Shown: positions 27,084 through 37,277, counted from the first letter of the stretch. The stretch is 64,000 nucleotides of DNA from an uncultured Pseudomonadales bacterium (GCA_964583625.1 CAZOVA010000001.1:159349-223348), one strand, 5' to 3'. Program-made: numbers and translations. Notes: generated from the letters alone by a model not told the origin.

Positions 27084-27635
27084 ATGTCAAGAGGGCAAAA
27101 AATCTTTACTGACGAAAAAATTTTGCTAGCCTCTCTACGCGCTGGTGACAGCGCAGCAGTAGAGTACTGGTATCGTCAATACAGCGCTCGTTTAACCGCT
27201 TTTATTCAGGCAAAAGTGGGTTCAACTCATGACGTTCAGGACTTAACTCAAGAAACTTTCATTTGTTGTCTTCAGAACTTGCATAATTTTTCTGGTCATA
27301 GTCGCTTGTGGACTTGGATGTGTGCCATCGCCAAACATGAAGTAGCGGATTACTATCGCAAGCTTTATGCTAAAAAAGTTTTAAAACTCCTTCCATTATC
27401 GGACTTTCTGACTCAGGTAGAACTTTATGACTCGACAGAGTTGGCTGAAAAATTGGAATATGTTTGGCAAAAAATTGGCGCCCACTATAAAGAATTACTT
27501 TTAGAAAAGTACCTTGATAAACATCAAGTCAAAGAAATGGCGCGCGCGCGCGGTAAAACAGTCAAGACAATTGAAAGTGAGCTTTGGCGCGCGCGCCAGG
27601 CTTTTAAGTCAGCTTACCGTGAACTTGAGGATTAA
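27084..27635 (+). CDS. ECF-type sigma-70 family sigma factor
   Basis: Region 2 (DLTQETFICCLQNLHNF) and region 4 HTH (VKEMARARGKTVKTIESELWRARQAF). 183 aa. Divergent from the pilin-like array. Confidence 0.75.
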   Translation: MSRGQKIFTDEKILLASLRAGDSAAVEYWYRQYSARLTAFIQAKVGSTHDVQDLTQETFICCLQNLHNFSGHSRLWTWMCAIAKHEVADYYRKLYAKKVLKLLPLSDFLTQVELYDSTELAEKLEYVWQKIGAHYKELLLEKYLDKHQVKEMARARGKTVKTIESELWRARQAFKSAYRELED

Positions 27636-27657
27636 GGATTCGTAAATTGACTTCAGT

Positions 27658-27849
27658 ATGAATGAAAAAAAATTTCTCAAACAATTAAAAAAACAAGCCC
27701 AAGACCAAGCTCCCCTGGCGAAACTTCATCTTTTTCCCAGCAAACTTCAGCCTTTTACTGCTTGGATTTGGCAGCATTCTTGGAAGTTTTGGCTACTTTT
27801 ATCTTTAATTAGTGCTTTTATTTTTGAAAAACAGTGGGGGAGATGCTAA
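27658..27849 (+). CDS. Small single-TM protein immediately downstream of the ECF sigma (candidate minimal anti-sigma factor)
   Basis: 63 aa, cytoplasmic basic N-terminus then one TM. Position is typical for an anti-sigma partner. Confidence 0.35.
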   Translation: MNEKKFLKQLKKQAQDQAPLAKLHLFPSKLQPFTAWIWQHSWKFWLLLSLISAFIFEKQWGRC

Positions 27850-28175
27850 TGAAAAAAAACCAGTTTTTCAATTTTAGCTTATCCTTTTTTTATGCTTTGG
27901 TAAAAATTGCCGTCGGTCTATTACTTCATCCTTATCAAACGATGTTTTCTTTAATTAAAGAAAAAGTTTTTTGGAGTTTAGTTTTTACCCCTACCTTAGT
28001 TTTTATTTTTTTAACCTTTTTTTGGCGCTTGGCAATTCGTTCTTTGGTCTTGTATTTTTTTAATGCTACTTGTTTATTAATGACGATTAAAACCAGCGTT
28101 TTATTCTTTTGTTTTTTTTGGCAGTTAGCGCTTTTTTATTTGTGGCTAAAGTTTTATTATTTCTGGCGACGGTAA
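27834..28175 (+). CDS. Small polytopic membrane protein (3-4 TM), hypothetical
   Basis: Highly hydrophobic, Phe/Leu-rich. Overlaps the previous ORF by 16 nt. Confidence 0.35.
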   Translation: MGEMLMKKNQFFNFSLSFFYALVKIAVGLLLHPYQTMFSLIKEKVFWSLVFTPTLVFIFLTFFWRLAIRSLVLYFFNATCLLMTIKTSVLFFCFFWQLALFYLWLKFYYFWRR

Positions 28176-28268
28176 GTAATTTGTAAAGGTAGACTTGATA
28201 TTTAAATCTTAGACTGTCTTTTATTAATGGCTAATTTTTATTTTTAAACGTCAGTTATAATAGTCACT

Positions 28269-28970
28269 ATGACGACTAAAAAATATTCTTTAAAACACTT
28301 AGCTTTAATTCCTGATGGCAATCGTCGTTGGGCTAAGGCTCAGGGTTTACCAGCTTTAATGGGGCACAAAAGAGTAGTAGAAAAGGTTTTTCCTGAATTG
28401 GTAGAGACAGTTCTGACTTTGAAAATTCCCTATTTTACCATTTGGGGCTTTAGTACTGAAAACTGGCAGAGAAGTGATGAAGAAGTAGATGGTCTTTTTC
28501 AGTTAGGAAAAATGTTTTTAGAAGGCTATGGAGAAAAACTACATTCTCAAGGAGTAAAAATTACTATTATTGGCCGACGTGACAATATTTCGGCAGAATT
28601 TAATCAATTAATTGAAAAATGGGAAGAGAAGACAGAGAATAACCAGGCTCTTCAATTGATAATTGCCTTCAACTATGGTGGACGTGATGAGATCGTCCGA
28701 GCGGTTAATAAAATTTTGGCTAGAGGAAAGATCAAAGAAGTGGGGGAGAAAAGCTTTAGCGATTATTTAGATACTTCGATTACTGATATTCCTGACCCCG
28801 ATCTAGTTATCCGTACTTCTGGAGAGCAAAGACTTTCTGGTTTTATGAGCTGGCAGTCTGCTTATAGCGAACTTTACTTTAGCGCTAAAACTATGCCTGA
28901 ATGGACTAAAAAAGATTTATTGATTGCTCTAGATGACTATCAAGAACGAAAGCGTCGTTATGGCAAATAA
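28269..28970 (+). CDS. uppS: Undecaprenyl-diphosphate synthase (cis-isoprenyl transferase)
   Basis: HLALIPDGNRRWA motif, ...RTSGE..LS.F..WQ C-terminal motif. 233 aa. Confidence 0.9.
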   Translation: MTTKKYSLKHLALIPDGNRRWAKAQGLPALMGHKRVVEKVFPELVETVLTLKIPYFTIWGFSTENWQRSDEEVDGLFQLGKMFLEGYGEKLHSQGVKITIIGRRDNISAEFNQLIEKWEEKTENNQALQLIIAFNYGGRDEIVRAVNKILARGKIKEVGEKSFSDYLDTSITDIPDPDLVIRTSGEQRLSGFMSWQSAYSELYFSAKTMPEWTKKDLLIALDDYQERKRRYGK

Positions 28971-29520
28971 AGTTATTGGTGTTTTTGGAGGGAGTTTTAG
29001 TCCACCGCACTTAGGTCATCGACAAGTAGTCAGCCAAATTTTAAATAAAAATTTAGCCGATGAAGTTTGGCTTCTTCCTTGTGGGGAACACGCCTTTGGC
29101 AAGGACCTTCTGCCCGTTAAACAAAGATTGACGCAGTTGGCAGCAATGATCAAAACCTTATCTCCCCCTTTGCAAAAAAGAGTTAGGGTAGAGGAGTTTG
29201 AGTTGAAAAATTCAGGAATGAGTATTACTTATGACACCCTTATGGCTTTGAAAGCAAGAGAACCGAATTTGCATTTTCAATTTATTATTGGTACTGATCA
29301 GGTAAAAACGTTTGACCAGTGGCATCATTATCAAGATCTATTAGAAAAGTTCCCCACGCTGGTTTATCCGCGGGAACCAAATTTACAGCCTCCCCTATTA
29401 TCAGGAATGATTTTGTTACAAAATTTTCCAACTATTAATGTTTCTTCGACCCTAATTAAAAAAATGCAACAAGCAAATAATTCAGCTTGGAAAAAATTAG
29501 TTTTTAGTCCCCTCAATTAA
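28960..29520 (+). CDS. nadD: Nicotinate-nucleotide adenylyltransferase (start at ATG 28960, 11-nt overlap with uppS)
   Basis: GVFGGSFSPPHLGH (HxGH nucleotidyltransferase motif). ~186 aa. Confidence 0.85.
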   Translation: MANKVIGVFGGSFSPPHLGHRQVVSQILNKNLADEVWLLPCGEHAFGKDLLPVKQRLTQLAAMIKTLSPPLQKRVRVEEFELKNSGMSITYDTLMALKAREPNLHFQFIIGTDQVKTFDQWHHYQDLLEKFPTLVYPREPNLQPPLLSGMILLQNFPTINVSSTLIKKMQQANNSAWKKLVFSPLN

Positions 29521-29541
29521 TTTTTCGTTTTTATTTCGGTT

Positions 29542-30318
29542 TTAATTATGAGACTGATTCCCTATTTGCAAATCTAAGACTACTGGAACGTGATCGCTCC
29601 CTAAAAAATGCGAAGCTATTTTAGACGATTCTATAATATTTAACAGACTATTTGATGAAAAAAAATAATCAATTCGCCAACCGACATTTCTTTCTCGGGC
29701 ACGAGTTTTATAGTCCCACCAACTATATTCTATTTTTTCTGGGCCGTGAATTTTTCTCCAAACATCAACAAAACCAGCCTTTATTACTTGATCTAACCAA
29801 GCTCTCTCCTCTGGTAAGAAGCCAGTATTTTTTTCATTGGCTTTTGGTCTGGCCAAATCAATTTCCTGATGGGCGGTATTGATGTCTCCGCAAAAAATAA
29901 CTGGTTTTATTTGTTCTAGTTCCTTGATATAAGTTAAATATTTTTGATAGTATTCAAGTTTGTACTTCAGTCTTGCTGGCCCCATTCCCCCATTGGGGAA
30001 ATAGGTATTGAGGAGAAAAAATTGGGGAAATTCTAGAGCAACAGTTCTTCCCTCTTGAGAGATTAGTTCTGGCGGTGAGACTCTTTTGATTTGAGAAATT
30101 AGTTTTTCTTTGACTAGGGTGAGAGTTCCAGAGTAGCCAGCTCTTTCCCCAAAGCACCAAAACTCTTCATATCCAGAAAGAACTGGCAATAATAATTGTT
30201 GGTGGGTTTTTGTTTCTTGTAAACAGATAACATCGGGATCAAGGGTTTTTATCTGTTTCTCAAAGTCTTTTTTTAAAATAGATCTAAGACCGTTGACATT
30301 CCAAGTAATAATTCTCAT
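29542..30318 (-). CDS. xth: Exodeoxyribonuclease III (AP endonuclease, EEP family)
   Basis: MRIITWNVNGLR N-terminus, ...LQETK..., C-terminal SDHVPV motif. Confidence 0.9.
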   Translation of the reverse strand: MRIITWNVNGLRSILKKDFEKQIKTLDPDVICLQETKTHQQLLLPVLSGYEEFWCFGERAGYSGTLTLVKEKLISQIKRVSPPELISQEGRTVALEFPQFFLLNTYFPNGGMGPARLKYKLEYYQKYLTYIKELEQIKPVIFCGDINTAHQEIDLARPKANEKNTGFLPEERAWLDQVIKAGFVDVWRKIHGPEKIEYSWWDYKTRARERNVGWRIDYFFSSNSLLNIIESSKIASHFLGSDHVPVVLDLQIGNQSHN

Positions 30319-33284
30319 TCACTTTTTCCGCAACACTTTTTGTATTTTTTTCCTGAGCCACAAGGACAAGGATCATTTCTGCCGATTTTAACTTTTTTCT
30401 CCTTTTTAAATTGATCAGCAGCAACATTAGTTTCTTGTTGATACTTGGCTGCTTGGCGTGAGAGCGCTGCCGCCAAACTTTGCCCTTCCCCTCCTTGAGT
30501 TGAGCTTTGTGGAATTGCAGGAGGGTTCACTTTCCCTTTTTCTGTTAGGTCTGTCGCCAACTCAGCATTAGTTCCTTGAGTTTGCATGTTTTTTTGCAAC
30601 TTTTCTTGTTCCACTCTTTGAGCCGCCAAAAATTCTGGATTAATTTGAATTTTAAAAATTCTTTCAGCTACTAGTTGCTTGATGTTTTGCATTAGCTTCT
30701 CAAAGAGAATAAAAGCCTCTTGCCGATATTCTGCTAAAACTGTATTTTTATCTCCTCTCATCCAAATCCCTTGTCGTAAGTCTTCGATCGCATCCAGATG
30801 GTCCATCCATAGTTGATCAATAGTTCCCAAAATCACTTGTTTTTCCATTTCTCTGGCTATTTCTGGGCCAACAGCTTGATTTTTTACTTGATAGGTTTTA
30901 TGAATAATGTCTTGCAAGTGAACAATAATCTTTTCCTGATCATCTTTGAGAGCAATCAATTGCTTTTCAAGATTTTGTCGTGATTCTTGGTCAAAAGGAA
31001 TAATTTTATTGATTTCTTTTACTATTTGAGTGGCAGCGGCTTTTGTTTCCTCTGTTGCTGTTAAGTTTTCTTCTGTCAGAACCTCTTTATTTTCTTGAGG
31101 ATTACTAATTAAAGCGCTCTGAACTATTCTTACCACTGTTTCGTCTAGATAACTAAGAATCTCTTCACTTAAATTTTTACCAGCTTTTTTCGCTTCATTT
31201 TCCGCAGTTTCTGCCAGATCTAAACTAGAGAGTTCCAAAAACTGTCGTCTTTTTTTATAAATTACTTCTCTCTGCTTATTCATCACATCGTCAAACTCCA
31301 CCAGCCTTTGTCTTTGATCAAAGAAAAAACCTTCAACTTTGGTTTGCGATGCCTCGATAGTTTTACTTACCATGCCGGCTTCAATCGGTTGGCTATCAGG
31401 GATTTTAAGAAAGTCCATCATTTTTGCTACTTGCTCACCTCCAAAGATGCGCATAATTTCATCTTCTAGAGACATGTAAAAACGCGAAGCTCCAGGATCC
31501 CCCTGTCTGCCAGATCGACCGCGAAGCTGATTATCAATTCTTCTTGATTCATGTCTTTCTGTGCCCAAAACCATTAGTCCACCAGTGTTAATGACTTCTC
31601 TATTGTCTTTTGTCCATTGCTTCATGTCAGCGTCATATTTTTTCCGATCATATTTTAAAGGTTTTAGACTGAGACGATAATCTTTTAGCTCTGGTTTGGC
31701 TCCACCCAAGACAATATCGACTCCCCTACCAGCAATATTTGTAGCCACTGTAATAGCGCCCTTTTTGCCTGCTTGAGCAATAATGAAGGCTTCTTTTTCA
31801 TTATTTTTTGCATTAAGAACTTCATGAGGAATTCTTTTTTTATGCATTAAGTCAGAAATGAGCTGGTTATGATAAATTGACCGTGTACCAATTAAAATTG
31901 GCTGACCAGTCTGGTGAACTTCCTCAACAGCATTAACAAAGGCGCTGTATTTAGCAGCGGCTGTTTTATAAACAATGTCTGATAAATCAGTTCTTTTTAT
32001 TGGTAAATTGGTGGGTACAACGAGGACATCCATTTTATAAATCTTTTTAAATTCTTCTGCTTCGGTTGCCGCCGTACCAGTCATGCCAGCCAATTTTTCA
32101 TAAAGGCGAAAATAGTTTTGTAAAGAAATAGTTGCTAGAGTACGCGATTCTTGTTGAATTTTTACTTTTTCTTTTGCCTCAATTGCTTGATGCAAACCAT
32201 TACTGTAGCGCCTGCCATACATCAGCCGACCAGTATGCTCATCAACAATAATTACCTGATTATCTCTAACAATATATTCTTTATCTCTCTGATATAGAGT
32301 TTGAGCTCGGAGGGCATTTTCAATATAATGAATAGTTTCAAAACTTTCTTCATAGAGGTTTTTTACTTGAAGTTTTTGTTCGATTCTTTTTACGCCCAAA
32401 TCGGTCAAAGTGGCAGTTTTGGCTTTTTCATCCAAAGTAAAATCAGCACCTTTGGTCAAACCAGTGATCATTTGCGCAAACTGCAAATATTTCTCTGCTG
32501 GTTCACTGTCTGGAGCGCTAATAATTAAAGGAGTTCTCGCTTCATCAATGAGAATTGAATCAGCCTCATCAACAATAGCATAATAATGAGGGGTATCAAC
32601 TCTTTGAACCATATTGCTCAAATTAGGGACCATATTGTCACGTAAATAGTCAAAACCAAATTCATTATTAGTTCCGTAAAGAATGTCACACAGATAAGCT
32701 TCTTTTCTACTGATAGGGGCGAAATGTTCCAAACGCTCATCTCCACGATCTTCTCCGTTTAGGCCAGATTGATAGATTTTTGCTTGATCGTGAATAATGA
32801 CGGCTGTTTTTAAACCCAAGAAATGATAAATACCACCCATCCAGCCAGCCCCCACTTCTGCAAGGTAGTCATTGACTGTCACCAAATGAACTCCTTTGCC
32901 TAAAAGCGCATTTAAGTACAAAGGACAGGTAACAGTTAGAGTTTTGCCTTCCCCAGTTTTTTGTTCAGTTATCTTGCCATAATGAAGACCAATAGCTGCT
33001 AGCAACTGCACATCAAAGTGGCGCATACCCAAAAGGCGTCGGGAAACTTCGCGAACAGTAGCATAAGCCTCTGGTAGAACATCAGCTAAGACCTGACTTT
33101 CGCTTTGACCTTGAGTTAGACCACGATTGATGCTAGCTTTGAATTTAGCAGTTTGCTCTGCCAATTTTTTATCGCTTAGGGCCTTGATTTGTGGTTCAAG
33201 ATTATTGATTTGTTCGACAATGGTTCGATACTTTTTTAAAGTTTTTTCATTTTCGTCAAAAATTTGTTCTAAAAACTTCCACAT
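30315..33284 (-). CDS. secA: Preprotein translocase ATPase SecA, with C-terminal zinc-binding tail
   Basis: DEAD-like motor motifs. C-terminal CPCGSGKKYKKCCG. 989 aa. 4-nt overlap with xth. Confidence 0.95.
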   Translation of the reverse strand: MWKFLEQIFDENEKTLKKYRTIVEQINNLEPQIKALSDKKLAEQTAKFKASINRGLTQGQSESQVLADVLPEAYATVREVSRRLLGMRHFDVQLLAAIGLHYGKITEQKTGEGKTLTVTCPLYLNALLGKGVHLVTVNDYLAEVGAGWMGGIYHFLGLKTAVIIHDQAKIYQSGLNGEDRGDERLEHFAPISRKEAYLCDILYGTNNEFGFDYLRDNMVPNLSNMVQRVDTPHYYAIVDEADSILIDEARTPLIISAPDSEPAEKYLQFAQMITGLTKGADFTLDEKAKTATLTDLGVKRIEQKLQVKNLYEESFETIHYIENALRAQTLYQRDKEYIVRDNQVIIVDEHTGRLMYGRRYSNGLHQAIEAKEKVKIQQESRTLATISLQNYFRLYEKLAGMTGTAATEAEEFKKIYKMDVLVVPTNLPIKRTDLSDIVYKTAAAKYSAFVNAVEEVHQTGQPILIGTRSIYHNQLISDLMHKKRIPHEVLNAKNNEKEAFIIAQAGKKGAITVATNIAGRGVDIVLGGAKPELKDYRLSLKPLKYDRKKYDADMKQWTKDNREVINTGGLMVLGTERHESRRIDNQLRGRSGRQGDPGASRFYMSLEDEIMRIFGGEQVAKMMDFLKIPDSQPIEAGMVSKTIEASQTKVEGFFFDQRQRLVEFDDVMNKQREVIYKKRRQFLELSSLDLAETAENEAKKAGKNLSEEILSYLDETVVRIVQSALISNPQENKEVLTEENLTATEETKAAATQIVKEINKIIPFDQESRQNLEKQLIALKDDQEKIIVHLQDIIHKTYQVKNQAVGPEIAREMEKQVILGTIDQLWMDHLDAIEDLRQGIWMRGDKNTVLAEYRQEAFILFEKLMQNIKQLVAERIFKIQINPEFLAAQRVEQEKLQKNMQTQGTNAELATDLTEKGKVNPPAIPQSSTQGGEGQSLAAALSRQAAKYQQETNVAADQFKKEKKVKIGRNDPCPCGSGKKYKKCCGKSE

Positions 33285-33324
33285 GTTTATCCTTTTTCAA
33301 TTCATCACTCGATATTATAGAAAT

Positions 33325-34215
33325 TTAAATCTTATTATTTTTAATTGCTTCCGCTATCTTTTTACCATATTTTTCATAGTCTAAAACATATTTGAGATGA
33401 GCAAAAAAATAGTTTTCAGGATCACCAGTAGTTAACCATTGTCCTTGCGCTCTGGCAGTCAAAACTTTGGCTTTTTTTGCTAGTTTATCAATAGCGTCTG
33501 CTGTCCAAAGCTCATCGTCTTTGCCAATTTCCTCATTATTGAGAAATTCAAAAATGCTCGGGCGGAGAAGATAACGACCATAAGAAGCCAATTGTGAAGG
33601 AGCATTTTCCATTTTTGGTTTTTCTATCACTGTTTCAACGCTCTCTCCGTCAGCTTTAAATTTGACACTACCATATTTTTCAATTTCTTTACCCTCTACC
33701 TCTTGAACGCCGATAATTGCCTGCACATCAGGATTGAGGGCAAACTTATCAACTAAAGCTTTAGCTGTTCCTATCTTACCAAAAACCACATCATCACTAT
33801 AAAGAGCTAAAAATGCCTCTTCATTTTTTAAGAAGTCTTGAGCAGAAGCAATAGGCGAACCATTACCATAAGGCAAAGCTGGATCTTGGGTAATCACTAC
33901 AATTTTTGGATAATCCAAGACATGTTGCACGGGTTGATAACGATCTTCTTTTCCTTGAGCAGCTAATTGTTTACGAATTCGGTTGACATTATTATTAAAA
34001 TAGTCCTCATAGATGGGTTTTCCCTCGGGTGTGGCGACAATAATGATTTCCTCAATCCCTGCCTGGACACACTCCTCAACTACCAACTGCATAATCGGGC
34101 GGTTCCCTAGAGGAAGCATGGCTTTAGGAATAGTTTTGGTGATGGGGAGATAGCGACTGGCAAAACCAGCATCAGTGATGACTGCTTTTTTTACTTTAAT
34201 CATTTTTCCTTTCAA
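33325..34215 (-). CDS. galU: UTP--glucose-1-phosphate uridylyltransferase
   Basis: KAVITDAGFASRYLPITKTIPKAMLPLGNRP N-terminal sugar-nucleotidyltransferase motif. 296 aa. Confidence 0.8.
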   Translation of the reverse strand: MKGKMIKVKKAVITDAGFASRYLPITKTIPKAMLPLGNRPIMQLVVEECVQAGIEEIIIVATPEGKPIYEDYFNNNVNRIRKQLAAQGKEDRYQPVQHVLDYPKIVVITQDPALPYGNGSPIASAQDFLKNEEAFLALYSDDVVFGKIGTAKALVDKFALNPDVQAIIGVQEVEGKEIEKYGSVKFKADGESVETVIEKPKMENAPSQLASYGRYLLRPSIFEFLNNEEIGKDDELWTADAIDKLAKKAKVLTARAQGQWLTTGDPENYFFAHLKYVLDYEKYGKKIAEAIKNNKI

Positions 34216-34250
34216 GCTTTAATCTTTAAAGATCAGACGTTCATTATACT

Positions 34251-34658
34251 CTACTTTTTACCATTCACTTTGCTAATTAAATTTTTTTGCCAATCGAGAC
34301 TTTGACTATCTTTAGCTGATAAATCGTGGATTGCTCCCATCATTTTTTTAGCATCAATGCCATAAACTTCTTGCGCTTTCTGAGCAAACTTTTGTTGTAA
34401 TCGTCTTTGAACGAGAGGATTTTTTTGATACTCTTCTTGTTGTATTTTAAGAAGAAGATTTTTTAATTTGTTCTTATCACGATAACTAATCTTTGGTTTA
34501 AAATTTTGACTTTGATTGTCGGTTATTTTTTTTTGATTAACCTCGACCGTTATGTGATTTTTGGACAAAGATAGTTTACTTTTATCATTATTGCTGGAAA
34601 TTTTTTGTTTGAGATTGGAAACATAACTCATCATAATAAAATTTTTTCTTAGGAACAA
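34251..34658 (-). CDS. Basic, Lys/Gln-rich hypothetical protein
   Basis: ORF only. 10-nt overlap with the gltX 3' end. No recognisable motif. Confidence 0.35.
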   Translation of the reverse strand: MFLRKNFIMMSYVSNLKQKISSNNDKSKLSLSKNHITVEVNQKKITDNQSQNFKPKISYRDKNKLKNLLLKIQQEEYQKNPLVQRRLQQKFAQKAQEVYGIDAKKMMGAIHDLSAKDSQSLDWQKNLISKVNGKK

Positions 34659-36112
34659 ATTTTTTCTGCCAAACTAAGTCGGCGGAGAACTGTTTCTTTG
34701 CCTAGAACAGCCATAGTTTCAAAAAGAGGCGGAGTCGCTGTCTTCCCCGTCACTGACACTCTGATCATCATAAAATACTGACTTTTTTTATAATTTTTCT
34801 CTTCGACGATTTGTCGCATTACTTTTTCAATGTCTGCTATTGTCCAAGAAATAGTTTCTAAAAAGCTTTTAGTAATAGTCAGCTGAGCGCGCACCAACTC
34901 TAAGTCAGCCTTTTTTAATAATAAGTCTCTATCAGGAGTAAAATCTTGCCAAAAAAAGTCTGTTAAACTAGCAAAATCTGCCAAGGTGACTAATCTTTCA
35001 AAAACCAAAGGCAGGATATCATCAATCTTTTCTAAAGGAAAACCTTCTGGCATAAAGCCCCCTGCCATAATTTTTTTTGCTAAAACAGATAATCCCTGTT
35101 CCGCCACCATTTTTCTGATATAGTAACCATTGAACCAATTAAGCTTATCTAAATCGAAAACTGGAGCGGTGGTTTGCACTCGATCCAAGGTAACAGTTTG
35201 CAAAAATTCTTCTAAATCAAAAACTTCTTTTCCCTCAGGATGAGACCAACCCAAAAGAGCCATAAAATTGATCATCGCTTCTGGTAGATAGCCTTTTTCT
35301 CGATAAGAAAGAATAGAGACATCATTCTTGCGTTTAGAAATTTTACTATGATCAGCATTACGAATGAGAGGCATATGGGCAATGACTGGTATTTGCCAAC
35401 CAAAAGCTTCGTAGAGAAGTAGATGTTTGGGAGTAGAAGAGATCCACTCTTCTCCTCTTAAAATGTGAGTAACTGCCATAAGATGATCATCTACGACCAC
35501 AGCTAAATGATAAGTAGGAAAACCATCAGTTTTAATTAAAACTTGATCATCGATCAAATCAGACTGAAACTCAATTTTCCCCCTAATCATATCTTCCCAG
35601 AAAATAGTTTTACCTTTGGGAACTTTGAGGCGAATCACAAAAGGAGTTTTCTCTGCCAGTTTTTTTGCTACCACTGTCGGATCAGCTTCTCGCCAGCGAC
35701 CATCATATCTTGGCAGTTCGCCACGAGCGATTTGGTCCTTGCGCATTTGCTCCAATTCTTCTTTAGTAGCAAAACAATAGTAAGCGGCACCTTTAGCAAT
35801 TAGTTCTTGAGCATATTTTTGGTAAATAGGTAATCTTTCCGATTGATGATAGGGCTCATGCGGTCCTCCCTTGATTCCTCCTTCATCATAATCAATTCCC
35901 AACCAAGCTAAACCCTCATAAATTTTTGCTTCTGCTTCAGCTACAAAACGAGCCCTGTCTGTGTCCTCAATTCTTAAAATAAATTGACCGCCACTTTGTC
36001 TAGCTAGAGCCAAATTAAACATTGATAGCCAAGCGGTACCGATATGAGCAATCCCTGTCGGCGAGGGAGCAATTCTCGTTCTCTTCTTCATGATAATTCT
36101 ATTATACCTCAA
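34649..36112 (-). CDS. gltX: Glutamyl-tRNA synthetase
   Basis: HIGH (PSPTGIAHIGTA) and KMSKS (KISKRK) motifs. 487 aa. Start may be the internal ATG ~36091. Confidence 0.9.
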   Translation of the reverse strand: MRYNRIIMKKRTRIAPSPTGIAHIGTAWLSMFNLALARQSGGQFILRIEDTDRARFVAEAEAKIYEGLAWLGIDYDEGGIKGGPHEPYHQSERLPIYQKYAQELIAKGAAYYCFATKEELEQMRKDQIARGELPRYDGRWREADPTVVAKKLAEKTPFVIRLKVPKGKTIFWEDMIRGKIEFQSDLIDDQVLIKTDGFPTYHLAVVVDDHLMAVTHILRGEEWISSTPKHLLLYEAFGWQIPVIAHMPLIRNADHSKISKRKNDVSILSYREKGYLPEAMINFMALLGWSHPEGKEVFDLEEFLQTVTLDRVQTTAPVFDLDKLNWFNGYYIRKMVAEQGLSVLAKKIMAGGFMPEGFPLEKIDDILPLVFERLVTLADFASLTDFFWQDFTPDRDLLLKKADLELVRAQLTITKSFLETISWTIADIEKVMRQIVEEKNYKKSQYFMMIRVSVTGKTATPPLFETMAVLGKETVLRRLSLAEKICS

Positions 36113-36119
36113 TCAGACT

Positions 36120-37277
36120 TTATCTTGCGAGCATATTGGGGTGAATCGCTGGGACATAGGCTAAGAAATCATTTTCTCCACGAAAAATATATATTGGGAG
36201 TAAATATTCTTGTTCTTTGTGCGACTCATAATAACCCATCTCCACTTGATTAATGACAGCATTTTTTATTTTACGAGGATTGATTACATAAGCTTCGCCC
36301 AACTGTAGATTTTGCCAGGCCTCAGCCACGCTTCGCAAGTAGTAAGTAGCTTTATTACTAAGATCAAGATTATAATGATAATATTCCATTTCTCCCACAA
36401 TATCCACCCCATTGTAGTCTCTACCCACTACTCCATAGATACTAGCGATATTATTGGGACCATAGAAACTATAAGTAGTAGGTTGACCATTGATTAGTCC
36501 AGGCAGAGGATTACGGGTTAAGTTCACAGTGAGATAGTCAGCTTCGAGAACATTTTCAACCAATTCAAGTTTGCCATCAATGTTTTTGGCATATTTCACC
36601 TCAGCTTTTTGATCATTCAAATCTGTAGGTAAAATACCAGCAACAGCCAAATAGTTTTTGAGAGCCGCGATCGCTTTTGTTCTATCTGGTAAATATTTTT
36701 CACCACTTTCAGTAATTAGACCAAAAACATTACTAACCGCCAAATAATCAGTTTTGAGAGAAGTAAACATAGTTTTTAAGTCTATTTGTAACTCTTCTTT
36801 GAAAGGAGGTCCAGGATATGAGAAAAGATAGGTTCGTGAGTCTAAAATTTGCGGATCTGATTCAAAGTTTAAATTTTTAGCTATTTGTCTAGCTTTTTCT
36901 TCAGCCGTCAGTGAAAAGGTGGGCGGTTTTAATTTATAAACTTCTGCCATAGTATAAGGAGCAGCCGTTTTAATTCCAAACATAGGCCAACCAGCACTGT
37001 TTTTTAAATCAATACCAGCAATTTTTAATTCATAACTTTGTGGTCGGTTAGCACTAGTCTGAGCGGGGAAAATAATTGCAGGTAATGCGCCAAAAACAAA
37101 GTCTGGACTAGGCAAGCTGGCTGTTTTTGTGGCATCAGGCGTAGGTTTGAGTTTGGCATAAATACTTCGCCCAAATTCGAAAATAGTAACAGCAATCAGC
37201 AGAGCAACTCCAAAAGTTAAAATAGATCTGGTCTTATCCATGAAAACGCTCAAAGTCAATTTTTTTTCTTCTGCCAT
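36120..37277 (-). CDS. N-terminally anchored extracytoplasmic hypothetical protein
   Basis: Single N-terminal TM, then a 350-aa hydrophilic domain. Sits between gltX and the D,D-carboxypeptidase. Confidence 0.5.
   Translation of the reverse strand: MAEEKKLTLSVFMDKTRSILTFGVALLIAVTIFEFGRSIYAKLKPTPDATKTASLPSPDFVFGALPAIIFPAQTSANRPQSYELKIAGIDLKNSAGWPMFGIKTAAPYTMAEVYKLKPPTFSLTAEEKARQIAKNLNFESDPQILDSRTYLFSYPGPPFKEELQIDLKTMFTSLKTDYLAVSNVFGLITESGEKYLPDRTKAIAALKNYLAVAGILPTDLNDQKAEVKYAKNIDGKLELVENVLEADYLTVNLTRNPLPGLINGQPTTYSFYGPNNIASIYGVVGRDYNGVDIVGEMEYYHYNLDLSNKATYYLRSVAEAWQNLQLGEAYVINPRKIKNAVINQVEMGYYESHKEQEYLLPIYIFRGENDFLAYVPAIHPNMLAR

Noticed and set aside
27541-27598. Two alternating (CG)6 runs, which are GC-rich islands in an AT-rich genome, inside the sigma-factor gene
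   Set aside because: They looked like a possible insertion boundary or Z-DNA element. However, they are in frame and encode the Arg/Ala residues (MARARG, WRARQA) of the sigma region-4 HTH, so they are most simply coding constraint.
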